Shown: positions 11,401 to 23,337, counted from the stretch's first letter. The stretch: 64,000 bases of DNA from Neoconidiobolus thromboides FSU 785 (GCA_025603075.1 MU626320.1:1-64000); one strand, 5' to 3'. Notes: generated by a model from the sequence alone, not told the origin. Program-made: numbers and translations.

Positions 11401-14159
11401 AGATAAATAAAGAAAAACTTCTTTATTATACTGATTGGGTTGACATAATAAATATTTTTTTTTTAAATTTGGATTTTGAGTGGTTACTTTCCAATTATAT
11501 TCTAAACTTATACGTCCATTTTGTTCTTCTGGCATAACAATTTCATTTGATTGAATTGTAGTATAAATGGTTTTCTATGTAAGATTATTATTATTATGAA
11601 TTAACATTTATTTTTTAATAACAAATTTATTTATTCTTACCAAAAAATCTTGATCAAAATCTTGACCATCATTAACTCCTCTTAAATTCCTAGCATAATC
11701 CGCAAATTGCATTTTTTTTCTGACTTGATTATTATGTAAATCAGTGTTCACTAAAATAATAGAATATGCCAATACAAACACTCCATCTTTACTTTTAATA
11801 TGGGGTGGTTCTGTTTTAAAATAATGCTCTGAAAATTCTTCAAATATTCTAGCAATTAATTGTGCTTCACCAGGTAATCTAAAAGCTTCTAAAAATTCTC
11901 TCATTGCTTCATCGATTCTTTTGTTAGTAAAATTAAATTCGGAGATAAATACTTTTAATAGCTCAAAATTGGATTTTTTGGATACAAATTCTCCAAGTTC
12001 TTTTTTGTTAATACCAGAAGTAGTTAATAGAAATCGACTAGCTAATCGATTAAATGTTGGACTGTCTTTAGGGGGTAATAATCCATGTTCAATTAAATAA
12101 TCCAAACCTTTCCAAGGCTTTTGATTAAATAATTCAATTGCTTCTCTAATAACTTTTTTTTTGCTTTGAATTTGTAACAATTCTTCAATACTAGCAGTTG
12201 AACAATATTCTTCATCAATTTTATTTGAATTCATTGAACTAAAGGAAGCTGATTTTAATAAGTCATTAATTCCAGTTAATTTACTTAATATTTCATTTTC
12301 AGGCTAAAATCAAATAAAATATTATTAATTATTTGCTCACTATTATAATTATAAATATAAATATAGTCTTACTTTGATTTCTGTTATCATAATAAAGTTT
12401 AATAATATTTTTTTAATTTGATCTAACCAAATATTAGCTTTATGTGATTTTACAGAATTAACATTTTGACCAAATTTAGTTGCTGATTCGATTAAAAAAC
12501 TCATAACATCAATAGCTAAATCTGGTTGATTTAAACAGCAATCGAAATTAATAAATAATTCATTAATTAAAGATGGGTGTTGATTAATATGATTTAATAA
12601 GAAATTTGTTAGTAAAAAACTTAAATCATCATCTTTAATTTGCCTATATGAGCCTGTATGTAAAGGAGATGTTTCTAATTTATTTATACGATTTAATATC
12701 TGTTGAATCCACATTAGTTGTTGCTGTTTCAATTGATATTGAGCAGTTGATATTAATATTGATATCAAATTTAATGTTTTTGTTATAATTCCTAAATGTT
12801 CGGATTCTAATAACATCCAAAGATAACCACTTAATTGATCACAAAACATATCGGATAATGATGTAATTTTAAATAATGCTTGACCATATTTTAATAATAT
12901 ATCATTAAATATATTTAATCCTAATAATCTCATATAATTAGAATGTTGTGTACTATGTGGTTCTAATAATGTAATAATAAATTGAAATACTACTGCTAGC
13001 TTCTCGTTTTCATTTAATACAATTTTTACTATATTATAAATCATATTTTTAATTAAAATTTCACTTTGGTATCTTAATATTTTGGATAATTTTAATTGAC
13101 AAGCTAAATTAATCACTGCTTTTAATATAGATTTGACTTCTTTTATACTCAAATAAAGTATTAAGTATTCATCTTTAAGTAGTAACTCCATCACTTGAAC
13201 AATTTTTAATATAGTGATATCATCCGTTCCAGATTCTCCAGCCTCAAATTTACAGGATATTATAGATTCAGTTAATTGTTTTAAGGCTTGAGAAATATTA
13301 GGTGTAATTGGGTTTAAAATATTTGATGTTAAGAAACTCTCAATTCCACTTAAAGCTACTCCAGTTAATGAGCCAGATGTATCGGGGTTTTTTATGATAT
13401 CCATAAAAGGTGTTAATAAAGCTAATCCATCAATTTGTTGAATATCTTTGTGTTTTGAAATGAATTAATATCATAGTTAAAAAAATAATACCTAACTGTT
13501 ACCTTTTGCTTGGTTTATCAATAATCTCAAATCAATAAGTGTTTGAAGAATTTCTGGAATCTAATAAATAATTAAAATCAATGAGAATAATTTAGTCAAC
13601 TCAGACTTACTTTTGGAGGGTTAATGAACTCATATTCATCCCATTGCTCAAACTCAAAAACTTGAGTACCAATTAATTTCCCTAGTTTCCCAAAGTGATT
13701 TAAATTCGAACTATAAACTTTATTACTCTCCAAACCTCCCTTTTCCCCTTCCTCCTTCCCTTCTTCCTTTCCTTCTTTACTAAATGATCCATGCAATATA
13801 TTCGAATAAATATTTCCCAAATTATTACTACTTGGTTTATATCGATGATAACTTAATAACTGAACTATTAATTCAATGATGGAAAAATCAATTGTTTTTT
13901 TCCATTTATCACTAGGATAAGTGTTGATTGAATGCTTTAAATTTTTCAGGGTTTCGGAGCTACCAATAGGTTGATCTTCTTCTTCAATATTCGACTGTTC
14001 GGCTGATTTTAAAGGGGTTACATTTGATACTAGAGGAGCTATACTTGACTCGATTGCCTCTCTAGATGAAATTAACGGTGCTTTCTCTTCAGCTTTAATG
14101 TTTTTTTCCATTAAACTATTATCTTCCATTGTATTTATTTTTTCATTATTTGATTCCAT
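8496..14159 (-). CDS. GEA2: Large Sec7-domain Arf-GEF of the GBF1/Gea type, multi-exon
   Basis: DCB/HUS region (LTGVALSGIESFL, ELFINFDC), Sec7 domain (FRLPGEAQLIARIFEEF, LAYSIILVNTDLHN), HDS region; GT-AG junctions connect ORFs 13596, 12349, 11608, 11344, 10028 and 8496. Confidence 0.9.
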
Positions 14160-14956
14160 GTTTTCTTTTTTATTTATACAATGAATTTTTTTAATGTCAC
14201 CTTTTTGAATTATCAACGTGGTTTAAAAAATGTTAATTTAGTTAAAATCAAATCAAATCCAAGAATGTTTAGCCAATTATTTTAAGCCATTCTATTGATT
14301 TATTTGGAGTTTGAAGGATGATGTGATTTGCAGTATCAAAAAATTAGTTGTTAAAAATGAGAGGTTGATAATTTAGAGTTTTTAAATTAAATGATGGAAG
14401 ATCCTGATTCAAATAGAGAATTTCAATGCCATTTTGGCCCTCTCATTTTATTTTGTTTAATAAAATCTCAATCTTAGAATTCTATTATATTTAATTATAA
14501 ATAAAGATTTAGCTAAAAAAATTTATTCAAGACAATGTTATTTATTTAACAACAATTTCTAGTGTATTTATACTAGTCATACTACTTATTATAATAATAT
14601 TCACGTTATTTATTAGAATAGCTTGAGTAACGAATAACCAATGAATAGCAACATCTATTGTAACACTTACATTATTATTATATTCTAGAGTAATAGTGTA
14701 TTTACAATAAAGTATCAATTTAATAATTATATAATAATTTAGAAACTGTAAGTTATATACTATAGAGTCTAACAATTATAACCAATTATTGGTAATAGGA
14801 TGATAGAATTGTATCATTTAAATTATTTCTAAGAGATTTTAACTATACAATAATCTTTTGGGGGTAAATAAATAGAATTTGTAGAGTGAGTTTATAAAAA
14901 ATTTAGTAAACATAGCCATTAATGGACTCTCGATTTCTATACTGAAACTTTAGAAC

Positions 14957-15420
14957 TGTGAAACCTGGTGCTCAGTGTTTGGAGTCAAAAACAGTTATTA
15001 CCTGGCTGATTACACTATAAGTCGAAAGGTCTTAGTTTATGTGACTAAGATAGACTTGGATTATGAAGAATAGCGCGTAATAGGCTACAGGCTATGTAAA
15101 ACAAATAGAATAAACAATACTACTGTAAAATCTACATAAAATATTATTAAGAAAACTTAATGGCTTTATTAAATGTTCGAGATATGAGGGAATAATTCAG
15201 TTAAAAAGCCTCGAACTACTATACTCTGAAAACTCTTTTATACTCTGAAAACTATAAATACCAAAATGAGAAGATAATATTCTTTGGGATAGAGCTAGAA
15301 ATCCTCTTAGCAAATCAAACTAAGAACGTAGGATTGATTTTCTCTGAACTCGAGAACACAACAGCTTAGGCGGTTGTTATGCTATAATTAACCATGGGAC
15401 TGACAAAGCGATATCTCATA
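14957..15420 (+). mobile_element. ~460-bp element (solo LTR or Ginger-like non-autonomous element), copy 1
   Basis: Starts TGTGAAAC, ends ATATCTCATA (degenerate ATTTCACA); exact 4-bp direct flanks GAAC/GAAC; homologous to 61352, 62944, 63523. Confidence 0.85.
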
Positions 15421-16062
15421 GAACCTCAGAAAATCTTAAACTAGAAGAAAATAGTATTTAGGTCTAGACTAAGTTCTACATTAATTTAAAAGGCTTCTTT
15501 TTTGTAAACATAGAAATTGAAAGTTTGTAAGTAGTTATCATCAATATTAAACTAGCACTATATCAACATTTCTGTCATGTTTTGTTAACTATTCTTCCTG
15601 TAATTGTATAAATTTTTAATCTATTTTAAATAACTAGTAGTAAAAAACTGTGTAAAATAGATAAGCAATAAATGTACTATATAAAAGAACTTGTAACAAT
15701 TAATTCTCATTAAAAAAAATTTTTTGATTAAATTTACCAAACTAATGTTTAGTAAATTGGCTGTATTAACTTTTCATATAATTTTCTTAAAAATGTATTT
15801 ACATTAGTATTAGAAAGTTTATATAAAAAGGAAAATAAAATTATTAATATAATTCAAAAAATATGATAAGATTATTAGGTTTAGGAATTGGCCTTTTGTT
15901 ATTTTAATGTAAACTACCAATCAAAGTTAGGATATATATATACTTCCATATCCTGTTATTATCACTTATATCATTTCTTTAACAAGTTTAATTTTTACCT
16001 TTTCCTCTTTTTATTTTTTCGGAAGTTTACGTAAAAAAATCTTGATAGCTTTATGGTATAAT

Positions 16063-16383
16063 ATAATTTGTTAAAGATAGTAAATAGTCAACTTCAAGCA
16101 AAAAGTAAAATAAAATAGGTATAGAGATAAAAATAGGGATTAAATAATTAGCTTTTTTATTTCATCAATACAATTATAAACTATAATATTATAACTCCTT
16201 TTATTTTTCTAGAAAGGGTCATTTTTAACTCTTTTTTCTTAACCTAAAAAATATTGATAAAGATTATACTAGATAGAGTTTTTTTGATGAAAGATATCAT
16301 TATCTAAGTAAAGAAAAGATACTTATCATATAATGACAAACAATTAAGACATTGACAGAAGAAGAAATGTTTAACTCTTTAGA
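16063..16383 (+). promoter_or_regulatory. Upstream module shared with peptide precursor gene 2 (inverted copy at 37292-37611)
   Basis: About 9 differences in ~320 bp versus the reverse complement of 37292-37611; ends 148 bp before the ATG. Confidence 0.8.
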
Positions 16384-16452
16384 ACTTCTTCAATCATCAT
16401 AAAGGAATTCACTCGACTGTAATAAAAACATATCACAAGATACCAACAAAAG

Positions 16453-16460
16453 TATATAAA
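16453..16460 (+). promoter_or_regulatory. TATA box of precursor gene 1
   Basis: TATATAAA ~75 bp upstream of the ATG; equivalent TATATAAA at 37223-37216 for gene 2. Confidence 0.5.
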
Positions 16461-16530
16461 CCCCATAGCAACACTATAACTTAAACATCAAAAAAAATAC
16501 AATTTTTATTGACTTGTAAAAATTAAAAAA

Positions 16531-16983
16531 ATGAAATTGACTTCCTATATTGTTTTATTCGGTATAATTGCTTCCTCTTCTAGCCTTTCTCTAAAAAATG
16601 TCCGTGAGGTTAGTAAAAATACTTTAGGACGACGTTTTATTCCTCCTCAGTTATTTGATCAATTGGCATCAGCTAAAGCTTTTTTTAGACGCAAATATCA
16701 AGTTGATAGTAATGGAGGTGAAGTCTTAAGTAAACGTTTTGATCAAATGTTTATGGATGCACTTAATGGACGTATTCCTGGAGTTAACTATCGTAGAGGT
16801 AAAGAGGGAGACAAGAGTTTAAGTAAACGTTTTGATCAAATGTTTATGGATGCAGTTAATGGACGTATTCCTGGAGTTAACTATCGTAGAGGTAAAGAGG
16901 GAGACGAGAGTTTAAGTAAACGTTTTGATCAAATGTTTATGGATGCAGTTAATGGACGTATTCCTGGAGTTAACTATCGCTGA
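16531..16983 (+). CDS. Secreted Kex2-processed repeat-peptide precursor 1 (KEP-like), 150 aa
   Basis: Signal peptide; three 93-bp repeats encoding KR-FDQMFMDA(L/V)NGRIPGVNY-RR, plus RR-FIPPQLFDQLASAKAFF-RR. Confidence 0.92.
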   Translation: MKLTSYIVLFGIIASSSSLSLKNVREVSKNTLGRRFIPPQLFDQLASAKAFFRRKYQVDSNGGEVLSKRFDQMFMDALNGRIPGVNYRRGKEGDKSLSKRFDQMFMDAVNGRIPGVNYRRGKEGDESLSKRFDQMFMDAVNGRIPGVNYR

Positions 16984-17201
16984 AATAATAAAAGGAGTAA
17001 CTACATTTAGTCATGTAGAATAATTAAAGGTTTTGAATACTAAAAATTTCAAATTTCAAATTCACATTATTTAGTTTTGTATATAGAAATCACAGGGGAA
17101 AAGTGTAGTTTAGTATAATGTTTTGATGTTTAATAAAAGTACGTTATAGAACCTTAAGATAATCGAAACAATTGATTCTAAAAAAAGAGTAGACAAAATA
17201 T

Positions 17202-17300
17202 GGGGATGTATTTTTGTGTTTAAGAATTTTGTTAACAATTTTTCCACTTAAATAGCATTTAAAAGATGGAAAAAGTAATGAAATCAAAAAAAACATCCCC
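17202..17300 (+). mobile_element. ~97-bp MITE copy
   Basis: GGGGATGT...ACATCCCC, ATAT flanks. Confidence 0.9.
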
Positions 17301-17783
17301 ATATTCAAACTTAAAGCCTGAGGGAATTTCAATTGAAATTGTTTAGTTAAATAGATGTTACAAAACACTAACTTCAAAAAATGATTAATAATAAGAAAAC
17401 ACAATTTTAAAAAGAAACATAACTTCTAAACATAATTCTCAAATGTCTTTGGACTTCAAGTCTGTTATTTACAATTTTTAAAATAGATTCCAAATTCATT
17501 TCTCATTTTCTTTTTGATTGAATAAATTCCTTCTTAGCCTTTTTACCTAGCCATGTTTTAAAATAGTGCTATTTAGTATGCTATAGAAAATTCATGTTAT
17601 TTTTGATAAATGCTTTGTTATCATGTTTTTAAAAAATTGTCTATCATTTTTCTAAATAATAGCTATACTTTTGGAGATAAAATAAAATTTTACTTATTAA
17701 TTTATTAAATTAATTGTATTTTTAAATTACTTGTAAGATTAACTTTGTAAGATTAACTACAAACTAAAAACTGAGTATCATTT

Positions 17784-17879
17784 GGGGATGTATCTTTGTG
17801 TTTAAGGATTTTACTAACAAATTTTCTGCTCAAATAGTGCTTAAAAAATGGAAAAAGTGAAGCCAAAAAAGATATTCCC
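17784..17879 (+). mobile_element. ~97-bp MITE copy
   Basis: Direct ATTT/ATTT flanks. Confidence 0.85.
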
Positions 17880-18010
17880 ATTTAAAGATTAAAAATCAGT
17901 CTGAAAAAAATAAAAAAAATAAAGAGTAATCAAGGATAAGTAAAGTAACAAAAAAGGACATAAAAAATTAAACTATTGTTTATCAATAGATATGTTACTA
18001 AATTACAAAA

Positions 18011-18088
18011 ATAGAGTTAATCTCCTATATTGTTTTGCCATTAATTATTGCTTTATCTCCTTAACTTATTAGTTTAAAAAACTTTTGA
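18011..18088 (+). pseudogene. Relic of a KEP-family signal peptide/pro region
   Basis: IELISYIVLPLIIALSP*LISLKNF* versus MKLTSYIVLFGIIASSSSLSLKNVR; ATG replaced by ATA, internal stops. Confidence 0.6.
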
Positions 18089-18452
18089 TTCTATATCTGA
18101 TAACAACTAAAGTAAAAGCTATGCTGGAAGCATTATCAAAAACTAGAAAGAATTTTATAGAACTGATAGATTTTGGGCTTGCTTTAAAAAGTTTAATTAC
18201 TGTAGTAGATCCAATAATACTTTTTACTTCTATTTTAAAACATATTACGTCCTTTAATAACGTAATCTAGGAACTCATTGTGAATAAGGTAGTTAACTCC
18301 TAATTCTTATAAATTTTATTGAATTTTATAAAATATTTCAAGTCAATCTATCAAGTTAAAAGTTTCAGTTTACTATGAGATGCTTTATTTGATAAGTAAA
18401 TGGTACTATAAGAATGAGTTTGTATATTTAGCACTTTATTTAAACAATATAT

Positions 18453-18551
18453 GGGAGTGTTTTTTTTGACTTCATTATTTTTTCCATTTTTTAAGCACTA
18501 TTTAAGCAGAAAATTTGTTAGTAAAATTCTTAAACACAAAAATACATCCTC
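18453..18551 (-). mobile_element. ~97-bp MITE copy
   Basis: Reverse orientation, ATAT flanks. Confidence 0.85.
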
Positions 18552-19534
18552 ATATATAGTTTAAAGTTTAGTTTTAGATTTTTAAAGAGAGCTAATATAA
18601 CGAGTTCAAAAAAAATAGCAAATTGTTAAAGACAAGGTTGATTAAAATAGCAAAAATAAATTAATAACTCAGTTGTTATTGAGTTAATTTGTTTCTTATA
18701 GAAATTCGATTGAATTATCAATAGCATTATAAGTAACTTCGCTTTAATGGAGTGTAATAAAACTTATAAAAAAACTTATTTTATCATTATACTTTATTGT
18801 TGTTTTTAAATAACTCAAATTAATATGCTTGATAAAATATCAATAAGTTGAAAACATCAAATCGGTAAATTAAATAAATTTCTTATTTCATATAAGAAAA
18901 TGAAATCATACCAATAGAAAGTTAAAAGGCGATATTAAATATAAAATCAAAAATTTTAAGTTTCTAAAATACTATCATCACACCTATTAACCTATCAACT
19001 ACTTTAAAACTAATTGATAATAATTTATTATACCGATATTGAACCATTAAATTTCATATTTCATATTTCAATGAGGTATTTTAGCTTAAATAAAATAACT
19101 CCCATTTTAATTAATGGATAAAATAGAAATATAAGCAACATACTATAATAAGTAGTAACATTTTAACAACTCTAAAAATTAATAGAGAAGGTTCAGATTT
19201 AATAAAAAATGCTAAAGATTAATGCTATAGTTCAATTTACCCTAATTGATGTCGAATGTTGATATCTTTATTAGTTAGTATTTTTATTAGTTGACTTTAT
19301 TTAATAAAGGCTAAATGACATAATAAATAAGTATATTATAAGAGAAATTGAATAACTTATTAACAAATAATATATTAATAATTATAACTTTACTTGTATT
19401 GATCAACAGAATATTGCGCTTCAAGATATCGCCTAAATTAGTTTTCCCATTGAATTGGGTTCCACTAAGCAGGGTAGTTTACTGAGTATAAAAAGTTGAG
19501 GGAAATACATTGTTGATTATTCAAATATTAGAAT

Positions 19535-21274
19535 ATGAGATTACTTTTACCTTTAATTTATTTGACTCAATTAATATTGAGCAAAGAAGTGAGTCAAGAA
19601 TGGACTCTTACCGATGCTAAAATGGCACCTGATAACTTTGTAGTCGATGGGGTATTAATCAATGGTCAATTCCCAGGTCCTCAAATTGATGCTACTGCTG
19701 GTGATTCAATCAAAATCAAAGTGAATAATCAATTACATAAGAATGTAACTATTCATTGGCATGGAATTACTCAAAAAGGATCCATTAAAGCGGATGGAGC
19801 ACCTATGGTCACTCAAGAACCTATAATGCCAGGAAAGAGTTACATTTATAGTTTTAATTTACATGATCAAAGTGGTACTTACTTTTATCATGCTCATACA
19901 GATATGGATTCAGAGCATATTTATGGAGCATTAATTGTTCAAGATAAAAAAGAAATTTGGAATGATATTATTAAATTTAATTCGGAATATAAATATGATG
20001 AAGAAATAACTGTCTTATTGTCTGAAAGATGGCATAAAACAACAGAAGAACTAATTCATGGCTTAACTACTGTTCCTTTTAAATTTAGTAATCAATCCCA
20101 AAGTATATTAACTAACGGTAGAACTTATCAAAAATGGGAGAATAATATGAATGGTGGTACTGCTGAAGATTTAAAGAGATTCAATGATGGCTTTAGTGTT
20201 ATTAATGTAAAACCAAATAAAACATATAGATTACGTTTGATAGGTGCTAATGGCTATTCTCTATTTACATATAACATTGAAGGTCATGATTTAACTATTA
20301 TTGAAGCAGATGGCACTTTAATTGATCCTATTAAAGTAGATAGAGTAGAATTAAGTAGTGGTCAACGATATTCTGTATTATTGAAAACAAACAAAAAAGT
20401 AGATAATTATTATATGTATACCCAAGTGAGTGATGAATTAAGACCTGAAGCACGTAAACCAGTAGCTAAAAATGGAGTAGCTATTCTTCATTATGATGGC
20501 GCAAAGAGTACTTCATCTTTAATACGTACAGATAAACAAGTACCTGGATTACAATTTGAATATTCCCATTGGGTAGAATCTAAACTATTTACTTCTAAAT
20601 GGTACAATAAAGGATTATCTAAACATTTTTACCCAGTACCAAAGAAGGCAACTAAAGAAATCAATTTAATAGTTACATTAAGAAAACCAAATACAATATC
20701 AAGATGGTTTATCAATGATAATGATAATAAACCAAGGGATAGTGTATTAATTGAAGATATGCAGTCTGGAAAATATAAACCAAGTGCAGGTATTTATGAA
20801 ATTAAAGAAGGTGATGATGTTCAAATTATTGTACAACATACAATGCCAACTGGTAAACATTGTGAAGTTCATCCATGGCATTTACATGGTCATTCATTCT
20901 ATGTTGTTGGACATGGTGATGGATTTTATGATCCAAAAGTAGATGGTCCGAAGATTGATAATTATTTAGCGACTACTAAGAATAATCCTATTTTAAGAGA
21001 CACTTATACTCAATTTATTACAGATGTTCCGGAAGTGGGTAAACCTCTAAATCAAACTAATTCTAGACTTGGCCCTATTGATGATAGTGTAGATATGTTT
21101 TCTGGACTTGATGGATTAGGTGAAAAACCACTCAATTCAGATGATCTTCCTTGTGGTTGGTATGCTATTCGCTTTAAGGCTGATAACCCAGGGGCTTGGT
21201 TTATGCATTGTCATATGGCAGCTCATATCATCATGGGTAAAATAGTTATTATTAACTATGTTCCTAAGAATTAA
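19535..21274 (+). CDS. Secreted multicopper oxidase (laccase/ascorbate oxidase-like), 579 aa, intronless
   Basis: Signal peptide; all four Cu motifs HWHG, YFYHAH, HPWHLHGH, HCHMAAHIIMG. Confidence 0.95.
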   Translation: MRLLLPLIYLTQLILSKEVSQEWTLTDAKMAPDNFVVDGVLINGQFPGPQIDATAGDSIKIKVNNQLHKNVTIHWHGITQKGSIKADGAPMVTQEPIMPGKSYIYSFNLHDQSGTYFYHAHTDMDSEHIYGALIVQDKKEIWNDIIKFNSEYKYDEEITVLLSERWHKTTEELIHGLTTVPFKFSNQSQSILTNGRTYQKWENNMNGGTAEDLKRFNDGFSVINVKPNKTYRLRLIGANGYSLFTYNIEGHDLTIIEADGTLIDPIKVDRVELSSGQRYSVLLKTNKKVDNYYMYTQVSDELRPEARKPVAKNGVAILHYDGAKSTSSLIRTDKQVPGLQFEYSHWVESKLFTSKWYNKGLSKHFYPVPKKATKEINLIVTLRKPNTISRWFINDNDNKPRDSVLIEDMQSGKYKPSAGIYEIKEGDDVQIIVQHTMPTGKHCEVHPWHLHGHSFYVVGHGDGFYDPKVDGPKIDNYLATTKNNPILRDTYTQFITDVPEVGKPLNQTNSRLGPIDDSVDMFSGLDGLGEKPLNSDDLPCGWYAIRFKADNPGAWFMHCHMAAHIIMGKIVIINYVPKN

Positions 21275-21396
21275 AATTTATTAAAAAAAATAAATTATTT
21301 ATATTTTTTTTTAATATTCTTTTTAATTGTTTTTAGTTTTTATTGTTTTTATTGTTTTTATTGTTTTTATTGTTTTTATTTTTTTTGTTTATATAT

Positions 21397-21495
21397 GGGA
21401 AGGATTTTTTTTGTTTAAGAATTTTATTAGCAATTTTTTCACTTAAATAGCACTTAAAAAATGGAAAAAGTAATGAAATCAAAAAAAATACCCTT
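21397..21495 (+). mobile_element. ~97-bp MITE copy
   Basis: Internal TTAAATAGCACTTAAAAAATGGAAAAAG core, ATAT flanks. Confidence 0.8.
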
Positions 21496-21738
21496 ATATG
21501 TATAGTATAATATTAATTAATTAATTATTGATACTTAAGAAAAATTTAAAATAAACTATAAAAGGAGCCTTTATTTGAATCATTTTAACTTTTAGAATAA
21601 ATTAATCAACGTTCTATAATATTATCTAATCAACTAATTTGAGACAGCTAATAGAATCTACTAAATATCAATAAATATAAAATTATAATAATAGTAAAGA
21701 TGATAATAAGAGAGTTCATTATCTTTATTTTATTATAT

Positions 21739-21836
21739 AGGGATGTATTTTTTTGTTTAAGGACTTAAGTAACAACCTTTCCCCTCAAATAGCGCTTAAA
21801 AAATAGAAAAGTAATAAAACCAAAAAAAACATCCCC
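21739..21836 (+). mobile_element. ~97-bp MITE copy
   Basis: GGGATGT...ACATCCCC, ATAT flanks. Confidence 0.85.
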
Positions 21837-22146
21837 ATATATTATATTAAAGTCATATATGATAAAATAACTTAGAAAGTACTATTATCTAAAGCAATAA
21901 ATGAGTTGTAGTTATAAAAGCGATAAAGTTTTAATAACTTATTAATAATAATAAGTTGTAATTAAACCCCAAAATTAAAACTATAAAGTTTATATTTTGT
22001 TAATTATAAATGAATCTAAAATCTAATTGTTTTTAAAAAAAGCTTATTTATAAATAAAAACAATAAATAACAGATAATGATATATATAAAATACACTAAA
22101 GTTGTGAAAAAATGAGACAAATAATCTCTAGATAACAGTTACATAT

Positions 22147-22244
22147 GGGAATGTTTTTTTAGGCTTCATTATTTTTTCTATCGTTTAAGCGCTGTTTGAG
22201 TGGAAAAATTGTTAGTAGAATTCTTGAATACAAAACATATCCTC
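22147..22244 (-). mobile_element. ~97-bp MITE copy
   Basis: Reverse orientation, ATAT flanks. Confidence 0.8.
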
Positions 22245-22614
22245 ATATAAAGTTCAAATTTTATCAAGTACAAGAAAAATGATAACAAATTACAAGTGTT
22301 TATTAAGTGAAATCAAATGTTTAGTTAACTAATGTAAACTCAAATTCATTACAAAAAAAAGTTTATTTCTGATATATTCTATTATTTTAAAGCTTAAATA
22401 AGATCACAAAAGAATTATACAAGGTAAGTTAAAAATACAAAAATATAAATATATAAGTCCTAACTTATATACTCTTAATTGATATTACAACAATTATTCA
22501 ATTCAAATCATAAGCTATTATTGTTAATAAATTTAAAAATTTAAAAACAAAGTATTATGAGAGTTAAATTTTATAATCAAAAAATAGAAGTTTTCATTTA
22601 TTAAAAGTGATGAT

Positions 22615-23337
22615 TTATTCTATTTTAAAAGTAGGTGATTTGATAAGATGATACACAATCATTTGTTGATAAAATTGTAAAGGCATTGTTGAGTAATTTT
22701 CAATTTTAGCCTGATCATCCCAAAGTCTCATGTTAACAATTTCCTTTGCATATGCTCCTTTTTCAAATTCAATTACTTGTTCTCCAGTATATGGTCCCCC
22801 CTAATAATTTAATATTTAATAATCTTCACTTTTTTTTACATTTTTGCAATTTAAAGTAAAAGTTCAAAATAACTTATAAAATAGAATTGAACTTACCTGA
22901 CACTTAAGCGATGCCTGACTAGCTTGACTCAATTTATCATGATAGCTCTTATCTTTACCTGTGAGATACCTCTTAGCCTCTACATGAGATCCAACTAATA
23001 TACAAACTTTTTCTGAAAAGCCTAAATTTCTTAAATAAACTTCACCTAATTTATCATGCGATTTTACACCCACTTTAACCCCATCACCCATCTCTTCAGA
23101 ATACATAGTGTGACGTTCATCAAAGGATAAAAATTGACCAATATCGTGGAGGAGCGCACCAATTATTGTTTCATCATCGGAATTACTAAGTAAAGCGAAT
23201 TGGGCTGCTTGTAAACAATGTTCAAGTTGGGAAATATTTTCACCAAAATATTCAGTTGCACTGCCATCTTCTAAAACTTTAAATAGTTTATTGGCAACTT
23301 TAATGGCGGCGGTTTGTTTCAAGGCTATGTTGACCAT
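22615..23337 (-). CDS. phnZ: HD-domain di-iron oxygenase, PhnZ/TmpB-like; exons 23337-22897 and 22800-22615, 208 aa
   Basis: EYFGENISQLEHCLQAA, LLHDIGQ, SHDKLG, SHVEAKRYL, KLSQASQASLKCQ|GGP, LWDDQAK. Confidence 0.85.

Noticed and set aside
16726-16980. Near-perfect 93-bp tandem repeats (and 87-bp repeats at 36660-36850) as a CRISPR-like array
   Set aside because: Units are in-frame coding repeats of a secreted precursor with no unique spacers; eukaryotic context.
17144-17404. Short ORFs 17144-, 34603+ and 50015+
   Set aside because: They run through MITE copies and start at non-ATG codons.
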